A stretch of DNA of 64,000 nt from Candidatus Krumholzibacteriia bacterium (GCA_050174015.1 JBFXKG010000001.1:1-64000); one strand, 5' to 3'; positions 22,424-33,251 are shown, counted from the first letter of the stretch. A program made the numbers and translations. Notes: generated by a model not told the origin, from the sequence alone.

Positions 22424-25000
22424 CTATTTCAACAGCACGGCCTTGGCCGTCGCCCGCGCCGATCCCTGAACCACCTGGATAAGGTAGACACCCGACGCCA
22501 CCGGGCGGCCGGCGTCATCCCTTCCCTGCCACACGAATTCCCTCGGACCCGGAACCGCGGCGTCGATGGCCGCGCGGCGCACGGCCCTTCCCGAGAGGTC
22601 CAGGATGGTCAGCTCGGCGGTTCCGGGCCCCGGCAGGTCCATCCGGATCGTGGTCCGGGGATTGAAGGGGTTGGGATGGTTCGCCACCGCCAGGACGCGG
22701 ATTGGGGTCGGCGGCGCATCCGAGATGGTCCGGTTGACGAACCCCGACAGGGTGGTCGAGACCACGCGGATCTCGTCTCCTTCGTCCCCCCAGATCGGCA
22801 CCCCGAAGTCGGGATGGCCGGACGGGGCCACGTTGCCCGCGATCCGGATCACCTGGTCGGTGGCGGCCCCGTCGAGCAGAACCACGCTGACCGTAGCCAG
22901 CACGACGTTGCCCTGGGCGTCGGGAGTCAGCGGAGACATGAAGAGAACCAGACCCTCGGCGGTGGGGTCGGCGTCGTAACCGATTCCCGGTTCGAGGTTC
23001 ACCTGGGGTCCGGCGAGCTGCCCCGACAGCTCGAAGGTCAGCTCGACCCGGGTCACGGCCTGGGAGCCCGGCGGCAGGTTGAGAACGAGGCTGAAGGGAC
23101 CGACGAGCCCGACGGAGCCGGACGTCAGATCATGATCCGTGAAGGCCGGATCCGTGTACAGGGCAAGGGTGCCGGGGAACTGGCAGAAGTCCAGGATCTC
23201 GTCCTGGTCAGAGTCGAGGGAGGGGTCGGCGGTGAACTGGCAGGCGTCGAAGATCCCGTTCCCGTCGCAGTCGAGCGAGGGGTCCGCCGCCAGCTGGCAG
23301 GCGTCGAGCCGTCCGTCCCCATCGCAGTCGAGCGAGGGATCGGCGCCGATCTCGCAGGCATCGAAGACGCCGTCGTGGTCGCAGTCGAGGGTGGGATCGG
23401 CGGCGAGCTGGCAGCTGTCGAAAACCCCGTTCCCATCGCAGTCGAGCGAGGGATCGTCTGCGATCTCGCAGGCGTCGATCAGCCCGTTCCCGTCGCAGTC
23501 GAACGAGGGGTCGGCGGCAAGGTCGCAGGCGTCGGGAACGCCGTTGCCCGTGCACTCCTCCTCGGGCCACAGGACGATCTGGCAGGCGTCGGGCACGAAG
23601 TCGTTGTCGCAGTCGTCGGCGAGGCCGTTTCCGATCTGGTCCAGGTCGGGGATGCCGTCGCCGTTGCAGTCGTAGAACATCTCGTCCAGGATCCAGACGT
23701 ATCCGAAGGGACTCTGGCTGCCCACGACCATCTCGTCGGCGCCATCGCCGTCGATGTCGCCGAGGGAGACGGCGGCGCGGCCGAAGCGGCTGAACGGATC
23801 GTCCGAGGTCGTGACCAGCATCGGTTTCTGGCCCAGGGGGCCACCGCCTGCATAGACCGCAAGATAGCCGCGGAGCCAGTTCTCGCCGGGCCCGCGGGCG
23901 CCGACCGCCAGATCGTTCCATCCGTCGCCGTCGTAATCCCCGGACGCATCGAGCATGCAGCCCAGCATGTCTCCTGACTTGCGGCCCAGCATGGCTCGAT
24001 CCACGGTGGTGTCGAACTGAGTCCCGCCGAACAGGACCCAGACCTGGCCCTGGTCGCCGTAGAGGGTGGGCATGCCGATGATCAGGTCGGCCTGGCCGTC
24101 GGCGCTCACGTCGCCCATGGTCACCTTCACGGCGCTGGGATAAACCCCGTGGTAGGACGTGAAGAGAGGCTTGGTACCGAGGGGCAGCAGGTCGACGGTG
24201 AAGTCGGCCGCGGCGTCGGCGCCGGGTCCGCCGGCGTAGACGTGGACCTGGTTCGGTACCCAGCTCAGGACGGCAAGATCGGCCAATCCGTCGCCCGTGA
24301 CGTCCGGTCCCAGGCAGAGGGTGTATCCGAAGTCCTCGCAGCCGGCCGGACCGTCCAGGATCATATCCGCCACGGCGTCGGCCGCCGGGCCGCCGAAGTA
24401 GATGGTGACCCGGCCGGTGCCCGAGGAGGGGAGGGCCTGGGCGTGGGCGCCCACCGCAAGGTCGGGGTAGCCGTCGCCGTTGAAGTCGTGTCCGCCGGTC
24501 ACCGTGCCGCCGAACCAGTTGGGTCCGCCGTCGTCGAACAGAACCAGATCTGCCTGGCCGTCGAGAGCGGGGCCGCCGAAGAACACGTGGACTCCCGAGG
24601 TTTCGCCCGGTCTCCCCAGGGAGGTGGGCTGGCCGACGGCGAAGTCCGGATGGCCGTCCGCGTCGAAGTCTCCGAGTGCGGTCACGGACCCGCCGAACTT
24701 GGAGGAGATGAAGGGTCCCTCCATGACCAGGAGCGGCTGGGGATCGAGCGCCGGCCCGCCCCGGTACACGTAGGCGTGGCCCCGGTTGTTGGTGTTGTTG
24801 TAGTACGAGGCGGGCATGCCCACCAGGTATTCGGTGAATCCGTCCCCATCCAGATCCCCCAGGGCGGCCACGCACTTGCCGAAGTACTCGGTCTGGGCGT
24901 ACCCCTCGGGCGGACGCGGAATGGTGAGCAGGATGTCGGCGGCCAGGGACGGCGCGGCCATGGACAAGGCCAGGATTATCAGCGGAATCGCCCGGAACAT
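22424..25000 (-). CDS. Secreted FG-GAP (integrin-alpha-like) propeller protein with DCDGNG repeats and FlgD-Ig C-terminal domain
   Basis: Signal peptide MFRAIPLIILAL, several GDxDGDG/FG-GA repeats, Cys-Asp repeats, PNPFNP...WQGRDDAG...SGVY. Confidence 0.85.
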   Translation of the reverse strand: MFRAIPLIILALSMAAPSLAADILLTIPRPPEGYAQTEYFGKCVAALGDLDGDGFTEYLVGMPASYYNNTNNRGHAYVYRGGPALDPQPLLVMEGPFISSKFGGSVTALGDFDADGHPDFAVGQPTSLGRPGETSGVHVFFGGPALDGQADLVLFDDGGPNWFGGTVTGGHDFNGDGYPDLAVGAHAQALPSSGTGRVTIYFGGPAADAVADMILDGPAGCEDFGYTLCLGPDVTGDGLADLAVLSWVPNQVHVYAGGPGADAAADFTVDLLPLGTKPLFTSYHGVYPSAVKVTMGDVSADGQADLIIGMPTLYGDQGQVWVLFGGTQFDTTVDRAMLGRKSGDMLGCMLDASGDYDGDGWNDLAVGARGPGENWLRGYLAVYAGGGPLGQKPMLVTTSDDPFSRFGRAAVSLGDIDGDGADEMVVGSQSPFGYVWILDEMFYDCNGDGIPDLDQIGNGLADDCDNDFVPDACQIVLWPEEECTGNGVPDACDLAADPSFDCDGNGLIDACEIADDPSLDCDGNGVFDSCQLAADPTLDCDHDGVFDACEIGADPSLDCDGDGRLDACQLAADPSLDCDGNGIFDACQFTADPSLDSDQDEILDFCQFPGTLALYTDPAFTDHDLTSGSVGLVGPFSLVLNLPPGSQAVTRVELTFELSGQLAGPQVNLEPGIGYDADPTAEGLVLFMSPLTPDAQGNVVLATVSVVLLDGAATDQVIRIAGNVAPSGHPDFGVPIWGDEGDEIRVVSTTLSGFVNRTISDAPPTPIRVLAVANHPNPFNPRTTIRMDLPGPGTAELTILDLSGRAVRRAAIDAAVPGPREFVWQGRDDAGRPVASGVYLIQVVQGSARATAKAVLLK
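23180..23671 (-). repeat. Intragenic tandem repeat, about nine ~57-bp (19-aa) units, consensus DPSLDCDGNGxxDACQL
   Basis: Units read directly: DCNGDGIPD, DCDNDFVPD, ECTGNGVPD, DCDGNGLID, DCDGNGVFD, DCDHDGVFD, DCDGDGRLD, DCDGNGIFD, DSDQDEILD. Confidence 0.85.
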
Positions 25001-25368
25001 CTCTCGTTTCCCCCCGTCGGAGACGGCTTCTGAATGCATGTCTTCAGGATACCACAAAAACAGGATTAAACAAGTCCGGTCAAGATCCCGACGGGACCCG
25101 GCCCCGTAGCCAGGCCTCGACCGCCGTCAGGAATCGTGCGATGGGGGCGTCGCTGAGCCGCTACACCACGGTGCGATCCACGAGGGCCAGGGTGAGCAGA
25201 CCGGTGAGAAGCTGCAGCCGCGAGTGTGAGTCCAGGGGGATTGGTGAAATCGGGATCCGGTCCATTCCATTGATACCCCGCTCTTGATCACGGGGTTCCC
25301 GGTCCGGCAAGCAGTCACCCTCAAAACATGCTATAATATGTCCACTATTCAACCTCGAGGGGGAGACC

Positions 25369-27528
25369 ATGCCGATCCGTCCGCTGCGCATTCTCGTTCC
25401 TGTGCTGTTGCTTACCTGCGTGGCGGCCGCGGCCGCCATGGGTTCGTCCGACCCCCGCGCCCTGAGCTTGCCGGACGTCACGCCCACCGGCATCCTCACG
25501 GACCGGGTCGTGCCCATGGCCCGCCTGGATCAGCTTGACGGTTCGCCCGGCGCACCAGCTTCCTCGGCCGCCCGCTGGCGCCAGACCCTGTTCGAACTGC
25601 GGCGCGCCGCGGAGGAACCGGCGATGTGGCCGGCCGTGGATGAGGTCCGCGCCAAGGCGGCGCCGGGGGGCATCCCCCGGGGGGCCGCCTCCTTCGGGTT
25701 GATCCACGCGGATTACGACCGGATGCTGGCCGACGGCACGCTGGCCGCCGGTGAAGTCTTCACCTTCGCCCCGCTGAGGCAGGACGTCTACGATGGGGCC
25801 GACCTGGCCTTCCGTCTGGATGGCGATTTCATCCTTGATCGCGCGGCCGCCGCGGTCACGGCGCTGCGCCTGAACGCCGATGACGGCCTCGGCCTGCGTG
25901 ATTGGCCCCTCGGCAAGGACCTGCGCGTGTCCTACGCGACCGAGGGCCGCAAGACCCTGCGCATCGAGGCCGACCTGTCCGACGGCCGCACCCTGCACGC
26001 CGCCGCGGTTCTCGACGTCCGCGCCCTGGTCACGCCCGATCCCACGGAGACCTGGCAGATCCAGGCCACCGAGTCCTACGGCGGCGCGTTCGGCAGCGGC
26101 CAGGCCTACGTGTACCTGGCGGATGGCCACACGACGGTGACCAATCCCGTGGTGGTGGTCGAGGGCTTCGACCTGGACAACACCATGAACTGGCCCGTCC
26201 TGTACGAACTGCTCAACCAGGAGAACCTGCTGGAGGACATGCGGGCGGACGGCTTCGACGCCGTGGTGCTCGACTTCACCGAGGCCACCGACCCCATCCA
26301 GCGGAACGCCCTGGTGCTCACGGAGCTGCTGGCGCAGGTCCGCGCTGCGGTCGGTCCGGCCACGACCATGCCCCTGATCGGCGCCAGCATGGGCGGGCTC
26401 GTGTCCCGTTACGCCCTGCTGTGGCTGGAAGGTCAGGGCATCGATCACCAGGTGCGCACCTACGTCTCCTTCGACTCCCCGCACCTGGGCGCCAACATCC
26501 CCCTGGGGCTGCAGTACTGGCTGTACTTCTTCCGCAACGAGTCGAGCGACGCGAGGATCCTGCTGGACAGCCTGGACAGCCCCGCCGCCCGGCAGATGCT
26601 GCTCTATCATCACCTCGGCACCAGCGGGACGACCGCCGACAGCGATCCCCTGTTCGCCGAGTTCCACGGCGACCTCGCCGCGCTTGGCGGCTGGCCGCAG
26701 CAGGCCTACAAGATCGCGGTCTCCAACGGCAGCGGGATCATGACCAATCAGGGATTCAATCCCGGCGACCAGATCATCCAGTATCGGCACCGCAGCTTCC
26801 TGGTCGACATCGACGGCAACGTCTGGGCCGTGCCCGACGGCGGCAGCGCGGTCATCTTCGACGGCATGCTCAACAAGATCTGGCCCCTGCCCGATTCCTA
26901 CCTGACGGTGACCGTGGCGGGCACGCAGCCCTGGGACGGCGCACCCGGCGGCTACCGCGGGTCGATGGCCGAGATGGACGCCACGCCAGCGCCCTACGGC
27001 GACATCATCGCCCTGCACGACAACCACTGCTTCATCCCCACGGTCAGCTCGCTGGCCCTGGCAGGGGCCGGGCCGTTCTTCGACGTGGCCGGCGCGCCCG
27101 ACCTGCTGTCCATGACCGGCTTCGACGAGGTCCACTTCCCGCAGGCCAACCAGGAGCACATCTTCGTCTCGCCCGAAAACAAGGTGTGGTTCATGGATGC
27201 GGTGGGGATGGGGGTGTCGGGGGTGGCGGATCGCGGATCCGTCCCCGAGGCGGCGCGCCTGCTGCCGGCCTATCCCAATCCGTTCAATCCGCGGACGGTC
27301 CTGTCGTTCGAGGTTCCCCGGCCGCTGGCGGTCGATCTGGCGATCTTCGATGCGAGGGGGCGCCTGGTCCGCACGCTTCTCGATGGTTCGCCGGTTGCGG
27401 GGGGCACCATGAATCTGACCTGGGACGGGCGGGACGACGCCGGCCGCACCGTGCCGGGCGGGGTGTACTTCGCGCGGCTGGAGGCGGGGGGTCAGGTGTC
27501 GGGGAGGGCTTTGACTCTCTTGAAGTAG
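25369..27528 (+). CDS. Secreted alpha/beta-hydrolase (PGAP1/lipase-like) with FlgD-Ig C-terminal domain
   Basis: Signal peptide, VVEGFD, nucleophile elbow GASMGG, DSPHLGANIP, PNPFNP...WDGRD. Extended -10 TGCTATAAT at 25329-25337. Confidence 0.85.
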   Translation: MPIRPLRILVPVLLLTCVAAAAAMGSSDPRALSLPDVTPTGILTDRVVPMARLDQLDGSPGAPASSAARWRQTLFELRRAAEEPAMWPAVDEVRAKAAPGGIPRGAASFGLIHADYDRMLADGTLAAGEVFTFAPLRQDVYDGADLAFRLDGDFILDRAAAAVTALRLNADDGLGLRDWPLGKDLRVSYATEGRKTLRIEADLSDGRTLHAAAVLDVRALVTPDPTETWQIQATESYGGAFGSGQAYVYLADGHTTVTNPVVVVEGFDLDNTMNWPVLYELLNQENLLEDMRADGFDAVVLDFTEATDPIQRNALVLTELLAQVRAAVGPATTMPLIGASMGGLVSRYALLWLEGQGIDHQVRTYVSFDSPHLGANIPLGLQYWLYFFRNESSDARILLDSLDSPAARQMLLYHHLGTSGTTADSDPLFAEFHGDLAALGGWPQQAYKIAVSNGSGIMTNQGFNPGDQIIQYRHRSFLVDIDGNVWAVPDGGSAVIFDGMLNKIWPLPDSYLTVTVAGTQPWDGAPGGYRGSMAEMDATPAPYGDIIALHDNHCFIPTVSSLALAGAGPFFDVAGAPDLLSMTGFDEVHFPQANQEHIFVSPENKVWFMDAVGMGVSGVADRGSVPEAARLLPAYPNPFNPRTVLSFEVPRPLAVDLAIFDARGRLVRTLLDGSPVAGGTMNLTWDGRDDAGRTVPGGVYFARLEAGGQVSGRALTLLK

Positions 27529-27633
27529 GCCGATCATACAGATCGCGGGGCTCCTCAAGAAAAGTGAGAAAGATCCTGGACCCTACCAAACGTCCCCTTA
27601 ACCAAGCCGAGGGAATCGGCAAGAACCGAAAAT

Positions 27634-30249
27634 CTATTTGATCAGCACCATCCGGCCCGTCTGGTTTAGCCCGGCGGATTGGAAAGTGAAAAAATAGACA
27701 CCTGCCGCGACGGCCCGGTCCCGATCGTCACGGCCATCCCATGCAGCCTCAAGGCTCCCCTGTTCAATATGCCTTTTCGAGAAGATATGTTTGACCGCCC
27801 TGCCTGCAACATCATAAATCGTCAAACTCGCCTCTCCAGAACTGGGAACCTCAAAATGAATATTGACTGTCCCGTTGAAAGGATTGGGACTTGGGAATCC
27901 GCCGGAACAATTCCCATTATTCAGGACCGAATGGTGCTGTCTCTCATCCCCGGTTCCAAGTCCCGACAGATTCCAGCCTCCGGTGGAATTATCCTCAACG
28001 GAAATACCAGGTACAATTTCACCATCCTTGGAAAAGGAAAACTCGGAAGACCGAACAACACCCAGCTCGTCAACGACAAGACATCGAAAAATATAAACAC
28101 CGGCTGGAGCCCACCCGGGGACCTTCTGGACCAGACCATTTCTTCGAAATTGGGGGGCTACGGGAAAGATCCTATCGGGCACTTCATAAATGGGAAAGAT
28201 CCTACCATCGGATAGTTCGGCTTCAAATTGTACGGTCGCTATTCGGGGAACTTCATAGGAATTATTGATTTCCAGGTCGAATTCGAAAATTCCACCATCC
28301 TCGGGGATTTCAACGGGAGAATAACCGACAATCATCCTGGGGTTGAGGAATTGAAGTTGACACTGAAGGGGATAGGTGCGAACCAAGCCAGGAGTTGCGG
28401 CACAAACCAAAAATCCGTTTGCCACGGAAAAATCCCTTCCAGCCACGCCGGCAGGACCGATGATTTGAGGCCGGGACTTGTCAAAAATATCGACAGCCAG
28501 AATATTCGCACCGCTGCAGACGTAGGCAATATCCCCCAGAATGGAAATCTCTCGGATATACCCCGACAATAACACCTGGCCAAGGGGGCCCGGACTGGCC
28601 GGGTCGACAAGGGAGTAGATCAGCAATCCAGCCACACTATCACCTACGTACAATTCATCGCCGTCAACCACCACGACAGTTGCGTCGCCCGGGGTGTCAA
28701 TCTGTCCCAGATACTTGGAGTCTTCCGGATGCGGGGAATCAAAGATCTGAACACCCTTGTTTTCTTCGGCCACATACAAATAATCCCCATATAGGGCAAC
28801 ATCTACAGCATTTCCGGACGTCCTTACGGTCTTGACAGTTTTTGGATTTTCGGGGTTGGCGACGTCCAGAAGGACAATGCCGCGGGTTTCGGCGGCCACG
28901 ACCACATGGTCCCCGGATAGGACCAACTGTGTGGCATAATTAACCGATTCTCTGCCGACAAAGGAGATGGCGCCGGGGTTACTGACATCCAGGATTGTCA
29001 ACCCACCCATATAAATGGCACAGTAGGCCAATCCATCACGGATCACAACATCATAACCGGACGATGATGAATTCCACCGGCCGATTTGTGTCGGAATGGC
29101 CGGGTTGCTCACATCCACAATCCTCATTCCTCCGGCACCGATGAGGTAGGCTAGGTTCCCATCAATTGTCATCCCATATGGCGAAAAATTAATGGTGTCA
29201 TCACCCATCCCTAGCATTTGGGGTCCGGCGAAATCCCTGAATTCAATGATCTGAAGTCCACCATCACTGTCTGCGACAAAGGCGAATCCTTGTTCTGCAA
29301 ACGAATGTCGTGCAACTCCAGGAGTATCAACAATTCCAATGAATTCTGCGGTTCCGGCGGGGGAAACGTCGATGAAAGCTAGACCCGCACCACCGGCTGC
29401 AACCAGCGCAATATCCCCGAAATGGAAAATTCCGCCCAAGCTTCCCGGTATCCCACAGCTACCAACAATGCTTGCTGATTCAGGAATTTCCACATTCACA
29501 ATTTGAATACCGGAATATTGAGTGGTGACAAAAGCATGATTGTCCGCCAGGGAAACATTGAATGCAGCGGAAGGCAAGGCAATCAAGTTAATCAATACTG
29601 GGCTGGCAGGATCCTGGATGTCGACAATCCTCAAACCAGAACGATGTTCGGCCACGAAAAGATAATTTCCCTGCAGGGCAACCCCATAGGCGAAGTCATC
29701 CAAGGTGACGCTGCCTTCAACTTCGGGATATTCCGGGTCAGACACATCCACAACATGCACCCCTTCATACCCATCAGCCACGAATGCCCATGGGCCCTCA
29801 ACGGCCAGATCAATTGCACTAGCCGGAAGAGAAACACCTCCCGTCAAATGGGGATTCGAAGGGGTTGACAAGTTGACAATCGACATCCCAAATTCGGTGG
29901 CGACATAAGCGAACTCGTCCTGAACGATAATGGCATTCGCCCGGCCGGAAATGTTCAACTCCTTCATCACCGTTGGCCGATAGACATTATTGACATCGAC
30001 AACAATCAAACCTGCATTTCCAGCGGCAACATAGGCGAAGCCATCCGCAATCTGCAAGTCATTGGCGTCCGATCGTGTATCCACGGAACCGATCAATCGC
30101 AGATAGTCGCGCGTATCGGTACAAATCGCCCAAGCAGGATGAGTACCTCCGCATAAAAGCACCCCCAAAAAATAGCCAATAAGGATCAATATAAATCTCC
30201 CAAATATCTTGGAGTTTAAACCTGGATTAAATAATGGTGGATGAATCAT
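27634..30249 (-). CDS. Secreted LVIVD-repeat beta-propeller protein with FlgD-Ig C-terminal domain
   Basis: Many YAYVA...GLxIVDVSxP repeats and PNPFN...WDGRD...GVYF. Markedly AT-richer than its flanks. Confidence 0.85.
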   Translation of the reverse strand: MIHPPLFNPGLNSKIFGRFILILIGYFLGVLLCGGTHPAWAICTDTRDYLRLIGSVDTRSDANDLQIADGFAYVAAGNAGLIVVDVNNVYRPTVMKELNISGRANAIIVQDEFAYVATEFGMSIVNLSTPSNPHLTGGVSLPASAIDLAVEGPWAFVADGYEGVHVVDVSDPEYPEVEGSVTLDDFAYGVALQGNYLFVAEHRSGLRIVDIQDPASPVLINLIALPSAAFNVSLADNHAFVTTQYSGIQIVNVEIPESASIVGSCGIPGSLGGIFHFGDIALVAAGGAGLAFIDVSPAGTAEFIGIVDTPGVARHSFAEQGFAFVADSDGGLQIIEFRDFAGPQMLGMGDDTINFSPYGMTIDGNLAYLIGAGGMRIVDVSNPAIPTQIGRWNSSSSGYDVVIRDGLAYCAIYMGGLTILDVSNPGAISFVGRESVNYATQLVLSGDHVVVAAETRGIVLLDVANPENPKTVKTVRTSGNAVDVALYGDYLYVAEENKGVQIFDSPHPEDSKYLGQIDTPGDATVVVVDGDELYVGDSVAGLLIYSLVDPASPGPLGQVLLSGYIREISILGDIAYVCSGANILAVDIFDKSRPQIIGPAGVAGRDFSVANGFLVCAATPGLVRTYPLQCQLQFLNPRMIVGYSPVEIPEDGGIFEFDLEINNSYEVPRIATVQFEAELSDGRIFPIYEVPDRIFPVAPQFRRNGLVQKVPGWAPAGVYIFRCLVVDELGVVRSSEFSFSKDGEIVPGISVEDNSTGGWNLSGLGTGDERQHHSVLNNGNCSGGFPSPNPFNGTVNIHFEVPSSGEASLTIYDVAGRAVKHIFSKRHIEQGSLEAAWDGRDDRDRAVAAGVYFFTFQSAGLNQTGRMVLIK

Positions 30250-30454
30250 TATCTTCCTTCAAATGTTCATTCCCCATTCTGAAAAAGATGACCATAGGCG
30301 AAATATGGGATCCCGACCCTTCAACAACGAGAAACTGGCAATGATCCATGCAGGCCGACTGGGGGGCCACTGATCGGCTGCTCGCCCCGATTATAGCACT
30401 TTCGTTCTCTCAGGGGGGCATTTTTCAACAGCCACCAATGATGGGCCTGACCAA

Positions 30455-30601
30455 ATGGGACGAGGTTACCCAATGGGGCGCCACGAGGCTCAGTGGGACG
30501 GCAGGGACGCCTCCTGCCGGCAAGCGGCCAGCGGGGCGTACTTCTTCAGGCTGAAGGCGGGGGAACACATGGACACCAGGCGAGCCGTGTTGTTCAAATA
30601 G
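30455..30601 (+). pseudogene. Orphan C-terminal half of an FlgD-Ig domain (gene remnant)
   Basis: Frame reads MGRGYPMGRHEAQWDGRDASCRQAASGAYFFRLKAGEHMDTRRAVLFK*. It has no PNPFNP half, signal peptide or cargo. Confidence 0.7.
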
Positions 30602-30808
30602 CCCCCAGCCGCCCAGGCGATCCGATTCGTTTGAATCATCAGCGGATTTCTTGTCCGAGAGACCCGAAACTGCCTCACATGAGGCTATTTTGGTCCCGAA
30701 AGCGTGATTGTTCGCGTGGAGGAATCCCTCGATGGCCCACGCATCCCACCCGAAAAAAGGAGCGGCCCCCGTCCGGGGGCCGCTCCATCCCAACCCATCA
30801 TCCACCCG

Positions 30809-31954
30809 TCAGCGCTTGACCCGGTCTCCCGGTTCGTCCGCGGGGAAGGACATGTCGTCGTGGCAGTCGGTGCAGACCGGCGGCTTCGTCATGTCCATGT
30901 TCTGGTGGCAGTTGTCGCAGTCCAGGTCCACGTGGTTCTCGCTCAATTCCAGGCCGGTCACCCGGTGGTTGAACGACCCCACTTCCCAGTGGATGTGGCA
31001 GTCGGTGCAGGTGTGCGACGGGGTGCGGAAGCTGTCCGGTTTCCCGTGGCAGACCGAACACTTCCTGCCGGTGTGATAGGGCGCCAGGTCCCAGCCGGTG
31101 GCCGCGGCGTGCTCGAACCGGGGCTGGGTGGTGGTGGAGTGGCAGAAGTTGCAGTCCCGCTCCATGTGGCAGGAGTTGCAGGTGGTCACGTGGTCGAACT
31201 TGACCCGCTCGTGCGTCCCGGTGTCGTGGCACCGCTTGCAGCTGTCGCCGCGGTGACAGTCCACGCAGGCCTGGCCGAACATCTCGACGTGGTCCTCGTG
31301 GTGGAAGGTCACCAGGGGAGCGTCCTGGTACGTCGTTTCGTAGACGTACGTCGGGGTGGCCGTGATCATGGGGTGCAGGATGCCGATGATGTCGGTCGAA
31401 TCCACGACGGCCGCGGCCGCCGACCCGTCGCTCTGCTCGTGGCAGAAGCTGCAGGCGTTCTCGTGGCCCCAGTCGCGGTGGCAGTTGATGCACTGCCGGT
31501 GGTACGCGCCCTTGAGCGCCGGCTGGCCGAGGTTGACCTCGTTGCTGTCGGGGTCGTGGCACTCGCGGCAGGGCGGGATCACGCCGCTCTGCTCCGAGTA
31601 ATGATGGCAGTTCTCGCATCCTCCGACCATGTTGGACATGGTGGCGTGCAGCTTGTGCGAGAAGATCACCGGCTTGTACAGGTTGGCAAGCTGGTCGATG
31701 ATCACGATGTCCGGGCCCTCGTCGGCCTGGTGGTCCCCGTAGAAGTGGCTGCTGTGCCGCGGACAGGCGGCCAGGCAGGGGTCATCTTCCGTGGGATGAT
31801 CGCAGGAGTGGCAATCCAGGCAGTCCATCTTGCGAGGCTCCTGGACGTCTTGGGCGTTCGGCTGGGCGTGATGGGGGTCGGCCAGCTGATCCACCGCCCA
31901 GGCCGTCCCCGTGAACGATCCGAGAATCAGGGCGATCAGGAAGAGCTTACGCAT
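30809..31954 (-). CDS. Periplasmic multiheme c-type cytochrome (13 CxxCH, cytochrome c3/HmcA-like)
   Basis: Sec signal peptide, 13 counted CxxCH motifs, c3-like FSHKLH and LKGAYHRQC segments. Confidence 0.9.
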   Translation of the reverse strand: MRKLFLIALILGSFTGTAWAVDQLADPHHAQPNAQDVQEPRKMDCLDCHSCDHPTEDDPCLAACPRHSSHFYGDHQADEGPDIVIIDQLANLYKPVIFSHKLHATMSNMVGGCENCHHYSEQSGVIPPCRECHDPDSNEVNLGQPALKGAYHRQCINCHRDWGHENACSFCHEQSDGSAAAAVVDSTDIIGILHPMITATPTYVYETTYQDAPLVTFHHEDHVEMFGQACVDCHRGDSCKRCHDTGTHERVKFDHVTTCNSCHMERDCNFCHSTTTQPRFEHAAATGWDLAPYHTGRKCSVCHGKPDSFRTPSHTCTDCHIHWEVGSFNHRVTGLELSENHVDLDCDNCHQNMDMTKPPVCTDCHDDMSFPADEPGDRVKR

Positions 31955-33251
31955 GGTGGGCCCCTTTCTCCTCGGCGGGCAGGACGGGGAAGAGGTAGAC
32001 GCACACCCGGTACATGAGGACCAGCAGGGAAATCATGCCGACCGTCAGCATGATCTCGGTGACCGCCGGCACGTAGCGGTGGTCGGGATAGACCGGAGTG
32101 TAGCCGATGATGAAGACGTTCAACCGGTTCAGGGCGACCCCGAAGACCACCATGGCCGAGGCCGCGAACAGCCAGGCGGGCCGGCGGCGCATGCGGTGAC
32201 TCAGCAGGATGGCCCAGGGCAGCACGACCCCGCCGACGATCTCGATCCAGTACATCACCGAGCGGCCGGTGAACTCGAACAGGTAGACGTAGGCGTCCCG
32301 TCCGACCAGGTCGATGACCTTCGCCGCGAAGTAGATCGTCAGCAGGAAGGGGATGATGCGGCCCAGCGGGCTGAGCACGTCCATCTCGGGCGCGCGCCGG
32401 AACGACCGCGACGCGATCATGCCCTCGAAGATGGCCATGGACAGGCCGACGGCGAAGGCCGACAGCAGGAACTGCAGGGGCAGGATGCTGGTGTGCCACA
32501 GGGGGTGCAGCTTCGTCGGGGCGAGGGCCATCAGCGTGCCGAGGGACGACTGGTGCGCGCAGGACAGCACCACGCCCATGATGATGAAGAAGTTCATGAC
32601 CTTGCCGAGAGTCCTGTCCAGGAACCGCAGCAGGCCGTCCACCGCGCCGTTGAGCCTGGCAAGCACCCCGGGCAGGTTCACGCGCCCGATGAACCGCTCG
32701 CAAACGATGGGCAAAAACTCGATGTACAGCACGGTCAGGTAGATGCAGACGCACATGCCGACCTCGAACAGGGCCGAGTTGCCCTGCCACATCGAGGGCA
32801 CCAGCACGTGCCAGATGTTGTAGAACCGGCCCAGGTCCATGACCACGCCCAGGGCCACGAAGGTGTAGCCCAGCATCGCGGTCAGCAGGGCGGGCCGGAC
32901 CACCGGGTGGAACTTCTCGTGGTTCAGGATGTGGGCGATGAAAGCGGTGGTGAAACCGCCGGCCGCCAGGGCGACGCCCGTGGCCACGTCGATGGCGATC
33001 CAGATGCCCCAGGGGTACTGGGTGTCCAGGTTGGTCACCGCCCCGAGCCCGAAGAACAGGCGGACCACCATCATCACCACGCCCATGGCCGCCAGGGCGG
33101 TCAGGATGATGCTGCCGCGGGTGAAGAAGGGGACGTCGGTGTTGCCCCACAGGGGCGCGGCGTGCTCATGGTGGGAGGAGGCCCGGGACCGGGTCCGGTC
33201 CGCCCCGGCCAGGGGCATGGTCGCCGTCCCTCCGGTGTGCGAGTTAGACAT
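31947..33251 (-). CDS. hybB: NrfD/PsrC-family membrane subunit (HybB/HmcC-like)
   Basis: GLGAVTNL...YPWGIWI.IDVATGVALAAGGF, DLGR, HQSSLG, and about 10 TM helices. Confidence 0.85.
   Translation of the reverse strand: MSNSHTGGTATMPLAGADRTRSRASSHHEHAAPLWGNTDVPFFTRGSIILTALAAMGVVMMVVRLFFGLGAVTNLDTQYPWGIWIAIDVATGVALAAGGFTTAFIAHILNHEKFHPVVRPALLTAMLGYTFVALGVVMDLGRFYNIWHVLVPSMWQGNSALFEVGMCVCIYLTVLYIEFLPIVCERFIGRVNLPGVLARLNGAVDGLLRFLDRTLGKVMNFFIIMGVVLSCAHQSSLGTLMALAPTKLHPLWHTSILPLQFLLSAFAVGLSMAIFEGMIASRSFRRAPEMDVLSPLGRIIPFLLTIYFAAKVIDLVGRDAYVYLFEFTGRSVMYWIEIVGGVVLPWAILLSHRMRRRPAWLFAASAMVVFGVALNRLNVFIIGYTPVYPDHRYVPAVTEIMLTVGMISLLVLMYRVCVYLFPVLPAEEKGAHHA

Noticed and set aside
23180..23671. Regular ~57-bp periodicity resembling a CRISPR array
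   Set aside because: These are in-frame coding repeats with codon-level variation; there are no unique spacers and no cas genes.
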